From Macrostomum lignano (taxonomy: Eukaryota), in contig NIVC01003969.1 of assembly GCA_002269645.1 (NCBI GenBank), positions 1-64,000 of the forward strand: a stretch of 64,000 nucleotides of DNA. The letters are read 5' to 3'. How positions within the stretch are numbered: the stretch's first letter is position 1; each line of letters begins with the position of its first letter. The position numbers were made by a program, and so were the translations under genes. This document shows positions 10,596-21,925 of this stretch, piece after piece. The notes beneath the pieces are model-generated. The model saw nothing but the letters and a program-made list of their open reading frames with translations. It did not search any database and had not been told where the DNA came from.

Positions 10596-12890
10596 ATGGC
10601 ATCCAATGGTACAAATGACAGCTCCAGTGCCAGCCCTGCTGGTCATCTGTCCATGGACGAGCGATTGGAAATCTTTCTCGAAGCAAATCTTGTTGCTTCT
10701 CTAATCGATAATGTTGCAGACAGCTGCACCAGTGCGGACTGCAATACTAATGCTGTTGATAATTTGCTGTTAGACCCTCTGGCTAGCAGAGATTGCGCCA
10801 ACAATCGGGTTGTCAGGAATCGGGTGAGCTTTGCCAACAAGCAGCCGCAACAACAGAAGCATCGCAGGAGAGGCACCTACGAACTCAACGACAGTCAGGT
10901 GAATTCGCCACCTCCCAGTTGGCTTCTAGATAAACCGGAACAAGACCTGAATCGAACATTCTGTTTAGTTGAATCCAACGATCAGGATAAGAAATCTCCG
11001 ATTGTCAGTTCTGAGAACAAAGACTTGCTGTCGCCGCTGAACTCCTTGCCGATTCCAGCAACTCGCCAGTCGGCTTCCAGTCGGTCGTCCTACGCCACGG
11101 CGAGATCTTCGCTGTCTCCTCCGCCTATGTCGCGTCTAGTTGAAGTTGAAATCGATGATGAGTCCAGGTGCGAGAATGAGGATGATGCGGTCAGCTCCGA
11201 TGTGGGCACAATGTCTCCGCCTTTGCCGCCGCCGCCGCAGGAGCTTCTGGATAATGAAGAGATTGCAATATCCGAATTTGACGATGCGGACAGAACCCTG
11301 GTGCCGCAGCAGCGGTCGCAATCGATAATTGCTTCTCCTGCTTTGCCATTGCCGTCGCGTTTATCGAATCTTGATGCCACATTTTTGCGATCGCCAGCGC
11401 AACAGCATTCAGTCTTGAAAATGGCAGTTGAAGACTCAGATTGTCCACTTGAACAGTCCTTAGCTCAGTCTGAAGTCTTGGCAACAGAACCTGATGGACC
11501 TGAACTTGGCCATACAGTTTCTGGGAATTTTCCTGAAGTTTTGAGAACTAAGCCTGAAGTCTCATCAGATGAGCCTGAAGACTCAACAGCCAAGTCTGAA
11601 GTCTCATCAGGTGAGCCTGAAGTCTCAACAGCCAAGCCTGAAGAATCAACAACCAAGCCTGAAGAATCAACAACCAAGCCTGAAGAATCAACAACCAAGC
11701 CTGAACTCTCAGCAGATAAGCCTGAAGTCTTAACCGCTGAGCTTGATGACTCAACAGCCAAGCCTGAAGTCTCATCAACTAAGCCTGAAAATTCAACAGC
11801 CAAGCTTGAAGTCTCATCAGCTAAGCCTGAAATCTCACCAGCTAAGCCTGAAGTGTCATCAGCTAAGCCTGAAGATTCAACAGCCAAGCTTGAAGTCTCA
11901 TCAGCTAAGCCCGAAATCTCATCAGCTAAGCCTGAAGTCTCATCAGCTAAGCCTGAAGATTCAACAGCCAAGCTTGAAGTCTCATCAGCTAAGCCTGAAA
12001 TCTCATCAGCTAAGCCTGAAGTCTCATCAGCTAAGCCTGAAGACTCACCAGCTAAGCCTGAGGATTCAACAGTTAGGCCTGAAGAGTCAATAGCAAAGCC
12101 TGAAGTGTCGCAAGAAGAATATGAAGTATTGACGACTAACTCTCAGCCGGATTGTTTTGAAACAGAGCTTGAAGACCAACAAATCGAGACTAGTTCCTTG
12201 AAAGCAGAGCCCGAAGCCACAGTTGCCCAACGCGAGGTACTTAAAGTCGTGTCCGAAAACCCACCGGTTGAGATCGAACAGCCCGAAGAGTCTAAAAAAG
12301 CCCATAATGAGGGCTTAAGATCAGAGCCTGAAAAATCATCCGTTAAGCAAGCATATTCGGAAACCAAGTTTGTAGACTCAGCGTCTCGGCTTCATCAACC
12401 AGCTACTCAACTTCATCAACCAGCTTCTCAGCTTTATAAACCGGCTTCCCAGCTGCATCAGCCGGCTTCGCAACTTCATCAACGAGTTTCTCAGCTTCAT
12501 CAGCCAGCTTCTCAGCTTCATCAGCCAGCTTCTCAGCTTCATCAACGAGTTTCCCAGCTTCAGCAGCCAGCTTCTCAGCTTCATCAGCCAGCGTCTCAAC
12601 GATCGATGCTTCCTCCTCGTAGTCAAACGCTTCCCCAGCCTCGCCAGTCGGTGCTTTCCCAGCCTCCTCGCCTGTCGATGCCTCCGCCTCATCAGTCGGC
12701 TCTTTCCCAGCCGCAGCCGCAGTCCCGGCTTCGAGGTTCAGTCGTCAATCTTCGTCCTCCAGTCGCTCCGGCAGCCGCAGCTGCGGAACCAAAGAGTCGC
12801 TTGAGTCGCCTGCCCTGCCCATCAGCCACAGGCGGCGCGGCGCGACCTTCTGGACTTCGTCGACCTTCCGTTATGCCTCAGAATCGCTGA
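10596..12890 (+). CDS. Intronless, low-complexity, probably disordered protein with 7-aa repeats (AKPEVSS; LHQPASQ), function unknown
   Basis: 2.3-kb open frame whose non-repetitive parts are also open. First ATG is 10596, preceded by CCAG. Confidence 0.7.
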   Translation: MASNGTNDSSSASPAGHLSMDERLEIFLEANLVASLIDNVADSCTSADCNTNAVDNLLLDPLASRDCANNRVVRNRVSFANKQPQQQKHRRRGTYELNDSQVNSPPPSWLLDKPEQDLNRTFCLVESNDQDKKSPIVSSENKDLLSPLNSLPIPATRQSASSRSSYATARSSLSPPPMSRLVEVEIDDESRCENEDDAVSSDVGTMSPPLPPPPQELLDNEEIAISEFDDADRTLVPQQRSQSIIASPALPLPSRLSNLDATFLRSPAQQHSVLKMAVEDSDCPLEQSLAQSEVLATEPDGPELGHTVSGNFPEVLRTKPEVSSDEPEDSTAKSEVSSGEPEVSTAKPEESTTKPEESTTKPEESTTKPELSADKPEVLTAELDDSTAKPEVSSTKPENSTAKLEVSSAKPEISPAKPEVSSAKPEDSTAKLEVSSAKPEISSAKPEVSSAKPEDSTAKLEVSSAKPEISSAKPEVSSAKPEDSPAKPEDSTVRPEESIAKPEVSQEEYEVLTTNSQPDCFETELEDQQIETSSLKAEPEATVAQREVLKVVSENPPVEIEQPEESKKAHNEGLRSEPEKSSVKQAYSETKFVDSASRLHQPATQLHQPASQLYKPASQLHQPASQLHQRVSQLHQPASQLHQPASQLHQRVSQLQQPASQLHQPASQRSMLPPRSQTLPQPRQSVLSQPPRLSMPPPHQSALSQPQPQSRLRGSVVNLRPPVAPAAAAAEPKSRLSRLPCPSATGGAARPSGLRRPSVMPQNR

Positions 12891-13629
12891 CTAAAGTTTC
12901 CACTCAATGGTATCCAAGCAGCTCTAATTAGATGACGAGGCATTGGTGTATATTAAAGTGGCAATAGTTGCTCCCGCTGTTTACCATTAAGCAAGTTTTT
13001 CTATAATATTAGGTATCCTAAGCCTATAACAAAAGTCCATTTGGCATTTAAGTTTAATTATTTTCTTGGTAAAATATTTATCAACAATCTTAATTGCATT
13101 TTTGCCTGTATTTCGCAGTTTGCGCCTGTGTAAAGTGTTCAACCAAAATTGTTTATTTTTTAAAAATGAATTTTTATATTCCAATTGATGTGTCACCTGT
13201 GTGCAATTTCAACTTGCATTCTACTGCAACTTGATTTGCAATCTGCCATAAATTTAATTATTGTCTTCTTGGATTTCTTGGAAAAGTTTTTGAAGGCTCA
13301 TTTTATAGAATCTTCCATAATCGTAATCAATGGCTATGATAATTATGAGTAACGTAAAATTTCTAAAAGTTTTCCAAGAAATAAAGTTCCCAACCTCTTA
13401 CTTTTAAGTGATCCTTGATAATGAACCTGTTATGGTTATGTACAATCTCACTGTATTGTCTCTATGCCTTTATTACCTTAATTTAAACCCAGTTTTTATA
13501 TTATTAGCCTGCAGCTGGCAAGTTAAAAGTCAATAAACAAGTTGCACTGGTTTGAAGTTTTGTTAAACATTTTGCTTGTAGTTTCTTTTAATTTTGATAG
13601 TGTCAGTTTTAATTACAGATATTGTCATC

Positions 13630-14048
13630 TGAATAGTGGGTCTCTAATTATAAATTATTATATCACCTGGTTAATGGGATATCTAATTATAGATTATTAT
13701 CACCTGGTTAATGGGACCTCTGATTATTATCACCTGGATAAAGGGATCTCTAATTATAGATTATTATCACCTGGATAAAGGGATCTCTAATTATAGATTA
13801 TTATCACCTGGATAAAGGGATCTCTAATTATAGATTATTATCACCTGGATAAAGGGATCTCTAATTATAGATTATTATCACCTGGATTATGGGATATCTA
13901 ATTATAGATTATTATCACTCGGATAATGGGATCTCTAATTATAGATTATTATCACCTGGATAAAGGGATCTCTAATTATAGATTATTATCACCTGGATAA
14001 AGGGATCTCTAATTATAGATTATTATCACCTGGATAAAAGGATCTATA
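13630..14048. repeat. 37-bp minisatellite (CTGGATAAAGGGATCTCTAATTATAGATTATTATCAC)
   Basis: About 11 tandem units; a (GT)n tract follows at 14081-14106. Confidence 0.95.
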
Positions 14049-14175
14049 GAACCTCTAGAACCTGTTCAGTAGCAGACCCAGTGTGTGTGTGTGTGTGTGT
14101 GTGTGTGGGCAGGGCACTCGCACCTGTTTCTATCTATATCTGTATCTGTTTTATTGAATCATTTTCATCAGCAGC

Positions 14176-17100
14176 ATGGCCAGCAGTTCAAGTCTGCTGG
14201 ATGACTCCAGGGCTCAAAGCGGCTCTCACAGACGTTACGTAGCTCTGGCATCCCAGACTCAGTCAGATGCTGCTGCAAATGCCTCATCTTCTTCATCAAC
14301 ATTAGCTTCGGATGAAGATGAGGCACCGCTAGTTACTGAGCGGCATCAGCGTAGATGCAGCGGCGGCTCTGCATACGTCTCAGCCGGGTTGCTCTGCCTT
14401 GTGAATTTGTTAAATTATGCCGATCGAAGCACAGTGGCAGCTGTCTTGCACAGAATTAAAAGCAGTTTTAAAGTTGATTTCAAAGATTCTGGACTGCTGC
14501 AGACTTGCTTCATCCTGTCCTATATGATGCTGTGTCCGGTGAGTGTGTTGTGTGTGTGGAAGCTAAAATTGTTGTATTAGTAAATTTTATAAATCACAAT
14601 GATTAACAAAAATAGGTTTATTAAACCTCTAAACTGATTCTAAGAAATCGCTAAACTGGAATTGTAATCTCAATTGTTAGGAATTGTAATCCTAACAAAT
14701 TCTAAGAAGGCGTTACGCGGAATAAAAAAAGCATCAAGCAGAATCTCTTAACAGATTCTGAGAAATCCAAACGAATTCTAAAAATACCTATTTACTGAAT
14801 CTAAGAAACCTCTTGGAGGATTCCAAGAAAATTTCAACAAGTTCTAAGAAACCTCCAGACGGTTTTAGGAAAACCTCTAAATGGATTCCAAGAAATAGCA
14901 AACTGGTTTTAAAAAACTATCAAAGCGAATTCTTAAAAATCTTAATTGATTCTAAAAAATACTCACAATGAAAATCTTTGAATGCATTCCTAAACGGGAT
15001 TAAATAGGAATTAAACAGAAAAACTGTCAATCAGTAAAATGCCCTTTAAACTGCAGATATTTGGTTATCTAGGCGACCGCGGTCAACCAGGTCGTTTGCT
15101 ATTCAGCCGAAAAGGCATCATGCTGCTGGGTGTCTGTCTCTGGTCTGGCATCACTTTAGCTTCATCATTTGTGCCAAACAGCATGTTCGGCCTGCTGCTG
15201 GTCTCCCGCAGTCTGGTGGGTGTCGGCGAGGCCTCCTATGCCACCGTGTCTGCGCCCATCATTGCCGACCTGTTTGCTCACGATGCCAGGACTTGGGCGT
15301 TGATCCTGTTTAATCTGCAGGTTTGTGCGATCGCTTGTGAAGCTGGTTAGTGATGCAGATTGTCTGGCTACTTCACCCCTGATCCTTCAGTGACCCCCTT
15401 TCTCTGATCCCTCAGTGAGACCTTCCACTGATCCTTCAGTGACCCCCTCCACTGATCCTTCAGTGACCCCTGTCCCTGATCCCTCAGTGACCCCTTTCCC
15501 TGATCCTTAGTGACCCCTTTCCCTGATCCCTCAGTGACCCCTTTCCCTGATCCCTCACTGACCTCTTTCCCTGATCCCTCAGTGACCCCTTTCCCTGATC
15601 CCTCAGTGACCCCTTTCTCTGATCCCTCAATGACCCAATTCTCTGATCCCTCAGTGACCCCTTTCTCTGATCTCTCAGTGACCCCTTTCCCTGATCCTTC
15701 AGTGACCCCCTTTCTCTGATCCCTCAGTGATCCCTTCCCTGATCCCTCAGTGACCCCTTTCCCTGATCCCTCAGTGACCCCTTTCCCTGATCCCTCAGTG
15801 ACCCCTTTCCCTGATCCCTCAGTGACCCCTTTCCCTGATCTCTCATCGACCCCTTCCCTAATCCTTTAGTAACGCTCGCTAAATCTTGTATGGCAGCAAA
15901 AAAGATTACCGTCGATTAAATGTGAATATTTAAAAATGAAGTTCATTATGGCGTGCCGAATGCTGGCAACCTGTAATTATAAAACACGCGTGTTCAGATT
16001 AGCGTCACCAGCTAAACAGGAAGCTCTGTCGCTCTGATGTGAAATTTGCATAGAATATTGTGCCAGTTTAAACTGCAGAAGGTGCAGAAAGTAGTGCTGG
16101 TCATACAGAGATGTGTGCCTGTGCGTATGACTGCGAACGTATCCGCGCGATTGTGTGCCTGGTCAGGAGAGTTGGCGGAATGGGCAGTAATGCCTCTTGC
16201 CGGTTGTCTCTCTTGTCTTTAATAAGATTGGTTGCTCAAAATGTGCCCATTTAAAAAGCCCCAAAGCCGATTTCTAAAATGGCAAATTACCCTGCATAAT
16301 CGGCCTTCAAAAAAGCCCCAAACAAAACCCCAGGTGCCCTTCGGCACAGGCGTCGGATTCGTGATTGGCCAGCTGGTATCAGACGCCACTGATAGTTGGA
16401 ACTGGGCTCTGCGAGTCACCTCGCCTCTGGGTCTGCTCTGCGTCATCTTGCTGGCCGTCTGCTTTCGGGAGCCGCGGCGAGGCCAGTCCGAAGGACCCGC
16501 AGCCACGGCGGCGGCCGCTGCGGCGGCTATCAATCCATCCAGATGGTTGGACGATCTGCGAGCCCTGTCAAAGATTAGCACTTTTGTGCTCACAACGCTG
16601 GGATTGAGTTCGGTGTCCTTTGTGACTGGAGCGCTGGCTCTGTGGACACCTGAGATGCTTAGACTGTCTGTGCTCAGTAGAGGTGAGAAACTTCATTGAA
16701 AATGATTGTCCTTAACATTCCTAATTGCCTCCCCCACCCCAGACGGCAGCCAATAAGAATTGGACACCCACCCCTCCCCACCCCAGACGACAGTCAATAA
16801 GAGTCGGACACAAACACCTCTTCACCCACCCCAGACAGCAGCCAATAAGAATCAGACACCAACACCCCTCCCCCACCCCAGACAGCAGCCAATAAGAATC
16901 AGACACCAACACCCCTCCCTCACCCCAGACAGCAGCCAATAAGAATCAGACACCAATACCCCTCCCCCCACCCCAGACAGCAGCCAATAAGAATCAGACA
17001 CCAATACCCCTCCCCCCACCCCAGACAGCAGCCAATAAGAATCAGACACCAACACCCCTACCCCCACTCCAGGCGGCAGCCAATCAGAAGCGGGCAGCAC

Positions 17101-17743
17101 CACGCTGGTGTTCGGCGTCTTGACGTGCTTGGCCGGCATCTTCGGTGTGATCGGCGGCACCGAGCTCGCCCGCCGACTTCGCCGAAGAACCGCCAGAGCG
17201 GATCCGCTGGTCTGCGCTGGCGGCCTGATGCTCTCGGTTCCGTTCCTAATGGCCACCCTGCTCACCGTCCGGTCCTACCTGGTCCTTGGCTACGCCTTCA
17301 TCTTCTTAACTGAGTTGGCCCTCTTCACCAACTGGGCCCTGGTCACCGATATGTGCATGCGAGTCTGCCTGCCGAGTCTGAGAGCTACGGCAACCGGCTT
17401 GAGTCTGCTCAGCTCTCACCTGCTTGGCGACGCCACATCGCCCTACCTGTTGGGCCTACTAACCGACTGGTTTCGTGCCGGTGGGTCTGACAGCTATTAT
17501 CGGCAGTTCATTGCTTTGCGACGGGCCATGTACCTGGGGCTGTTCGTGCTCGTCGCCGGGTCTGCAGCGTTTATGGCCTGCGCTATTCGCTATCCGGAAG
17601 ACTGCCGACGCGTGGCCAAGATCGAGGAGGCCGCCCTGATTGCCGCTGCTAACAATAGGTGTCTGGATGATGAGGACGATGGGGAGACTGGGAATGAGGG
17701 CGAGTCTGAGCGGCTAGTGGCTGCTGCAGCAACTGTGGCTTAA
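14176..17743 (+). CDS. SPNS1: Spinster-family MFS transporter, 4 exons: 14176-14538, 15057-15320, 16334-16682, 17073-17743 (548 aa)
   Basis: Motifs NLLNYADRSTVA, IFGYLGDR, RSLVGVGEASY, WNWALRV and FTNWALVTD. All three GT-AG junctions keep the frame (sum 1647 nt). Confidence 0.92.
15375..15870. repeat. 24-bp minisatellite in spinster intron 2
   Basis: Tandem GATCCCTCAGTGACCCCTTTCCCT. Confidence 0.95.
16115..16210 (+). mobile_element. SINE fragment (same family as 20281 and 53370)
   Basis: CGTATCCGCGCG..GGCGGAATGGGCAGTAATGCCTC. Confidence 0.65.
16725..17072. repeat. 48-bp minisatellite in spinster intron 3, built from the intron 3/exon 4 junction
   Basis: Unit CCCCACCCCAG|ACAGCAGCCAATAAGAATC resembles the true junction CCCCCACTCCAG|GCGGCAGCCAATCAGAAGC. 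Confidence 0.9.
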
Positions 17744-17779
17744 GGAGTTTGATAATTTAGAAAATGAGATCACAGAATG

Positions 17780-18330
17780 AAGGTTGCTATGATGCCTGAA
17801 GTGTTCCTGAGGGTTTTCCGTGTGATTCCTGAAGCTTTCCTGAGTTCTATGATGCCTAAAGCGTTCCTGAGGATTTTCCGTGTGATGCCTGAACCTTTCC
17901 TGAGTTCTATGATGCCTGAAGCGTTCCTGAGGATTTTCCGTGTGATGCCTGAAGTTTTTCTGAGTTCTATCATGCCTGAAGTGTTCCTGAGGATTTTCCA
18001 TGTGATTCCTGAAGTTTTTCTGAGTTCTATGATGCCTGAAGTGTTCCTGAGGGTTTCCATGTGATGCCTGAAGTTTTCCTGAGTTCTATGATTCCTGAAG
18101 TGTTCCTGAGAGTTTTCGGTGTGATTCCTGAAGCTTTCCTGAGTTCTATGATGCCTGAAGCGTTCCTGAGGGTTTCCATGTGATGCCTGAAGTTTTCCTG
18201 AGCTCTACCGGTATGATGCCTGAAGCGTTCCTGAGGGTTTTCCATGTGATGCCTGAAGTGTTCCCGAGGGTTTTCCATGTAATGAATGAAATTTTCCTGA
18301 GTATTTTGTTTCATGCCTGAAGCTTCCCTG
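17780..18330. repeat. About 60-bp dimeric minisatellite just after the spinster stop codon
   Basis: Tandem ATGATGCCTGAAG..TTCCTGAG subunits. Confidence 0.9.
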
Positions 18331-18699
18331 AAGATTTGTGCAACACTTGAAGTTTCCCTGAAGATTCTTTCTTACATTTGAAGATATGTTTATTTTGTGG
18401 CCTTAAAAGCCTCCCTGAAGATTATTCTCGTGCTAGAAAGTTTCTAGATATTAAAGATATTTTATTCGTATGATTTCTGAAGCTTTTATGATAATACGTG
18501 TTGTTTTTTTTCTTGAAAATTGTGCCAACTATCTCAACTGCCACAATCAGTCTATTGGCTTCATGGGATACTTACCTATTCAAGATGTCAAATTTTTTTT
18601 CCTATCTATAATTGCTAATGTTTTGAATTCATGAAATTATGGCTTCAGTGCATACAGTAAAATAGAGATTTTTTATTCCATTTTTATTATCTCAAATAA

Positions 18700-19455
18700 T
18701 GATCAGGGAGAATTTATTCCCTCACTTAAGGATCTGGGAGAATTTATTCCCTTACTTAAGGACCTAGGAGTATTTATTCCCTCACTTAAGGACCTGGGAA
18801 AATCTATTCCCTCACTTAAGGATCTGGGAGAATTTATTCCCTCACTTAGATAGGATCTGGGATAATTTATTCCCTCACTTAGATAGGATCTGGGATAATT
18901 TATTCCCTCGCTTGATTAGGATCTGGGAGAATTTATTCCCTCGCTTGATTAGGATCTGGGAGAATTTATTCCCTAACTTAAGGATCTAGGAGAATTTTAT
19001 TCCCTCCCTTGATTAGGATCTGGGAGAATTTATTCCCTCACTTAAGGATCTGGGAGAATTTTATTCCCTCCCTTGATTAGGATCTGGGAGAATTTTATTC
19101 CCTCACTTAAGGATCTGGGAGAATTTATTCCCTCACTTAAGGATCTGGGATAATTTATTCCCTCACTTAGATAGGATCTGGGATAATTTATTCCCTCCCT
19201 TGATTAGGATCTGGGAGAATTTTATTCCCTCCCTTGATTAGGATCTGGGAGAATTTATTCCCTCACTTAAGGATCTGGGAGAATTTATTCCCTCACTTAA
19301 GGATCTGGGATAATTTATTCCCTCCCTTGATTAGGATCTGGGAGAATTTTATTCCCTCCCTTGATTAGGATCTGGGAGAATTTATTCCCTCAGTTAAGGA
19401 TCTGAGAGAATTTATTCCCCCACTTAAGGATCTAGGAGAATTTATTCCCTCATGT
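18700..19455. repeat. 30-35-bp minisatellite (GGATCTGGGAGAATTTATTCCCTCACTTAA)
   Basis: Direct tandem copies with TAG/GATT insertion variants. Confidence 0.95.
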
Positions 19456-20280
19456 GCTTAACAAGATACGGAATTTACTGTATTGCGATACTTACAGAAA
19501 AAAGACACACACAACAGTATGTTTCGATTAGAAGGATATTATCTGTTCCCTTTTCTCAGTATTCTATTGTTCATCTCGATGTACCAATCACCAGCTGTGT
19601 TTTTATCGAGCGAATCTCCGCTATGAGCTAAGCTAGTGTTCCTTGTGTTTTTTGTTTTACTGTTTTTCTTCTTCTCTATCACGTATACTCGGTGCTGCTC
19701 TTGTTTACTCTCTGTACCAGGTTTGTACACCAATAGATTGATTAATTAATAAATTACTTACAACATTTTTATTATTTTAAACTTTCGAGTATGTGTTATT
19801 TATTTTTTAATAGAGTCGGGGGTGCTTCGATCCGTGCGAAAGCCAACCCCCGAGGCACAGGAAGTGTACACGTCTGACGATTAGAAAGTCAGGACCTTAG
19901 AATTAGAAAGTTGGTTAGACCCTAACGTCTTGGCTAGGGCTGGGTGTGAACTACTTACTAACCCAAGCCTATGGACTAAGGCACCGCCAACCCAACAGTG
20001 GAATCAGGGACGGTGCTAGGACCGAGTCCACCCAGGCCACCACCCAGCAGACAAGTCCTTGGGAGTGCGCCCGAAAAATGGTTTAAAAAGCTTAAGTTTG
20101 CTACTTAAAGCGGTCCACTTAGAGTGCCAAGTTTAATTTTTAGTTTAGACGGCTCTTTCCGCTTATATTTTCTTGTCTAAAACTCCGCGTAATAATCCTA
20201 CTTCTGACATCTTCCGCCAATAAAGCTACTAACATTAGTGACAATGGCTTTATTGTATTCCTTCTGTCCTACGGATTCAG

Positions 20281-20506
20281 GGGCCCTAGCCCAGTGGTTC
20301 AACGAGGCGCTCTCACATTAATAGTTTGGGGCTGAATTGGAATCTCGGCTTGGCTCTGCTCGTGCAATTAACGCCTATGACGACCAACCCTTAAGGCACA
20401 GTAAAGTGTACATGCCTAACGAAAAAGGAAGCTAGGTAGTCGGCGGAATGGGCAGTAGTGCCTCTCACCGGTTGTGTGAAAATGTCACTTAAAGTGCACC
20501 AGGGTT
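20281..20506 (+). mobile_element. tRNA-derived SINE copy
   Basis: Degenerate A box (TAGCCCAGTGG). The body matches the minus-strand copy at 53370-53670, which has a GTTCGATTCTC B box. Confidence 0.7.
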
Positions 20507-20690
20507 AAAAAAAATCCTACGGATTTCCATATCTGTCATGTAAACTATAGGGGGCAATCAAGTGTAGGCTGAGTTTTGATAAAAACATTTTTTCCTTCGT
20601 CCAGCTTACGAGATTATGCTGTAACTCAATGTGAAATAAAACGACCCATTTCTGGCCAGCCATCTCTCCCTCTGCTGCCAGCTCGCACAG

Positions 20691-21464
20691 ATGAATCGGC
20701 TGCATCGCCTTCTTCTACCGTCGCTGCTACAGCGGCATCACCGGAGAGCCTACGGCATCCTGGACACACCGGAGCAGAAGACCGTCTATCCCAGCTTCAA
20801 GCGTCTCCTTGATGCGGCCACTTCGGCGTCCCAGCAGTCCGACAAAGATCAACAGTCTACTGAAGACTCCGACAGCGCCGAACCGTCAGATCGACTATTA
20901 GACGCTGTTCAACGTTACGACAGCGAATTTCGTAAATCAGTTGAAGAAACTGCCGCTCTGGTTGCTACGGCAATGTCGCCAGATTTGGTAACTGCGGCTG
21001 TGTTGGAGTCGGCCAAGTCTGCCGGGCTGGTAACCGAGTCGAGAGCGGAACGATCCATCAGTTTGAGCTCGGATCCGTCTAAGAAGTTTCTGTTTTTGTC
21101 CGACTGTGTCCGGCGGTTGAATCGGCCAATTCCAAACTCGTTGCTGTCCGAGATCGCCACTGTAGGCGATGCAGTGGATTATTTCTTGCAACCGGCCGAG
21201 TTGCCTAAAGATCCGCTGAAACGGCTGGCCATGTCTGACGACCTGCCACCGAATGTTCACGTGCAGATTGATCCGCTGAGGTTTACAGATAATCCCGAGT
21301 TCTTTGATGGTGTCGACGCTTATCCAGGCAGGGACACTTTGGTTACGCAGCCCTGGGCCAGGGCCAAGTACCGCAGCAAGATTGCTCCGCCGCTGAGGTC
21401 GCCAAGGTGGACTGGGGTTGGCAGGAATCCCGGCAGTCTGTCCGATATGGTTAATAAGAGCTGA
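20691..21464 (+). CDS. MRPL50: Mitochondrial ribosomal protein mL50, intronless
   Basis: KFLFLSDC...IPNSLLSEIATVGDAVDYF...LPPNVHVQ..LRF...FDGVDAYPGRDTLVT matches the mL50 pattern. The N-terminus is Arg/Leu-rich and presequence-like. Confidence 0.8.
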   Translation: MNRLHRLLLPSLLQRHHRRAYGILDTPEQKTVYPSFKRLLDAATSASQQSDKDQQSTEDSDSAEPSDRLLDAVQRYDSEFRKSVEETAALVATAMSPDLVTAAVLESAKSAGLVTESRAERSISLSSDPSKKFLFLSDCVRRLNRPIPNSLLSEIATVGDAVDYFLQPAELPKDPLKRLAMSDDLPPNVHVQIDPLRFTDNPEFFDGVDAYPGRDTLVTQPWARAKYRSKIAPPLRSPRWTGVGRNPGSLSDMVNKS

Positions 21465-21489
21465 TTGTCTTGATGAAGTCTGCTGTTCT

Positions 21490-21925
21490 CAACTCTGTAC
21501 TCACCTGTCTCTAGATTTGTCTGTTCTCACCTCACCTGTCTCTTGAACTGTCTGTTCTCACCTCACCTGTCTCTAGACCTGTCTGTTCTCACCTCACCTG
21601 TCTCTAGACTTGTCTGGTCTCACCTCGCCCTGTCTCTAGACTTGTCTGTTCTCATCTCACCTGTCTCTAGACTTGTCTGTTCTCATCTCACCTGTCTCTA
21701 GACCTGTCTGTTCTCACCTGTCTGTTCTCACCTGTCTCTAGACCTATCTGTTCTCACCTGTCTCTAGACCTATCTGTTCTCACCTGTCTCTAGACCTATC
21801 TGTTCTCACCTGTCTCTAGACCTGTCTGTTCTCACATGTCTGTTCTCTAGACCTGTCCGTTCTCACCTGCCTCTAGACCTGTCTGTTCTCACCCGTCTGT
21901 TCTCACACGTCTGTTCTCACCTGTC
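21490..21925. repeat. Variable-unit minisatellite (CACCTGTCTCTAGACCTGTCTGTTCT) between the MRPL50 stop and AATAAA at 21932
   Basis: Direct tandem copies. Confidence 0.9.

Noticed and set aside
19870-19900. CTGACGA..GAAA as a hammerhead ribozyme
   Set aside because: Only 3 nt separate the motifs, so there is no stem II, and stems I and III cannot be drawn. I also saw no hammerhead core near the PLE.
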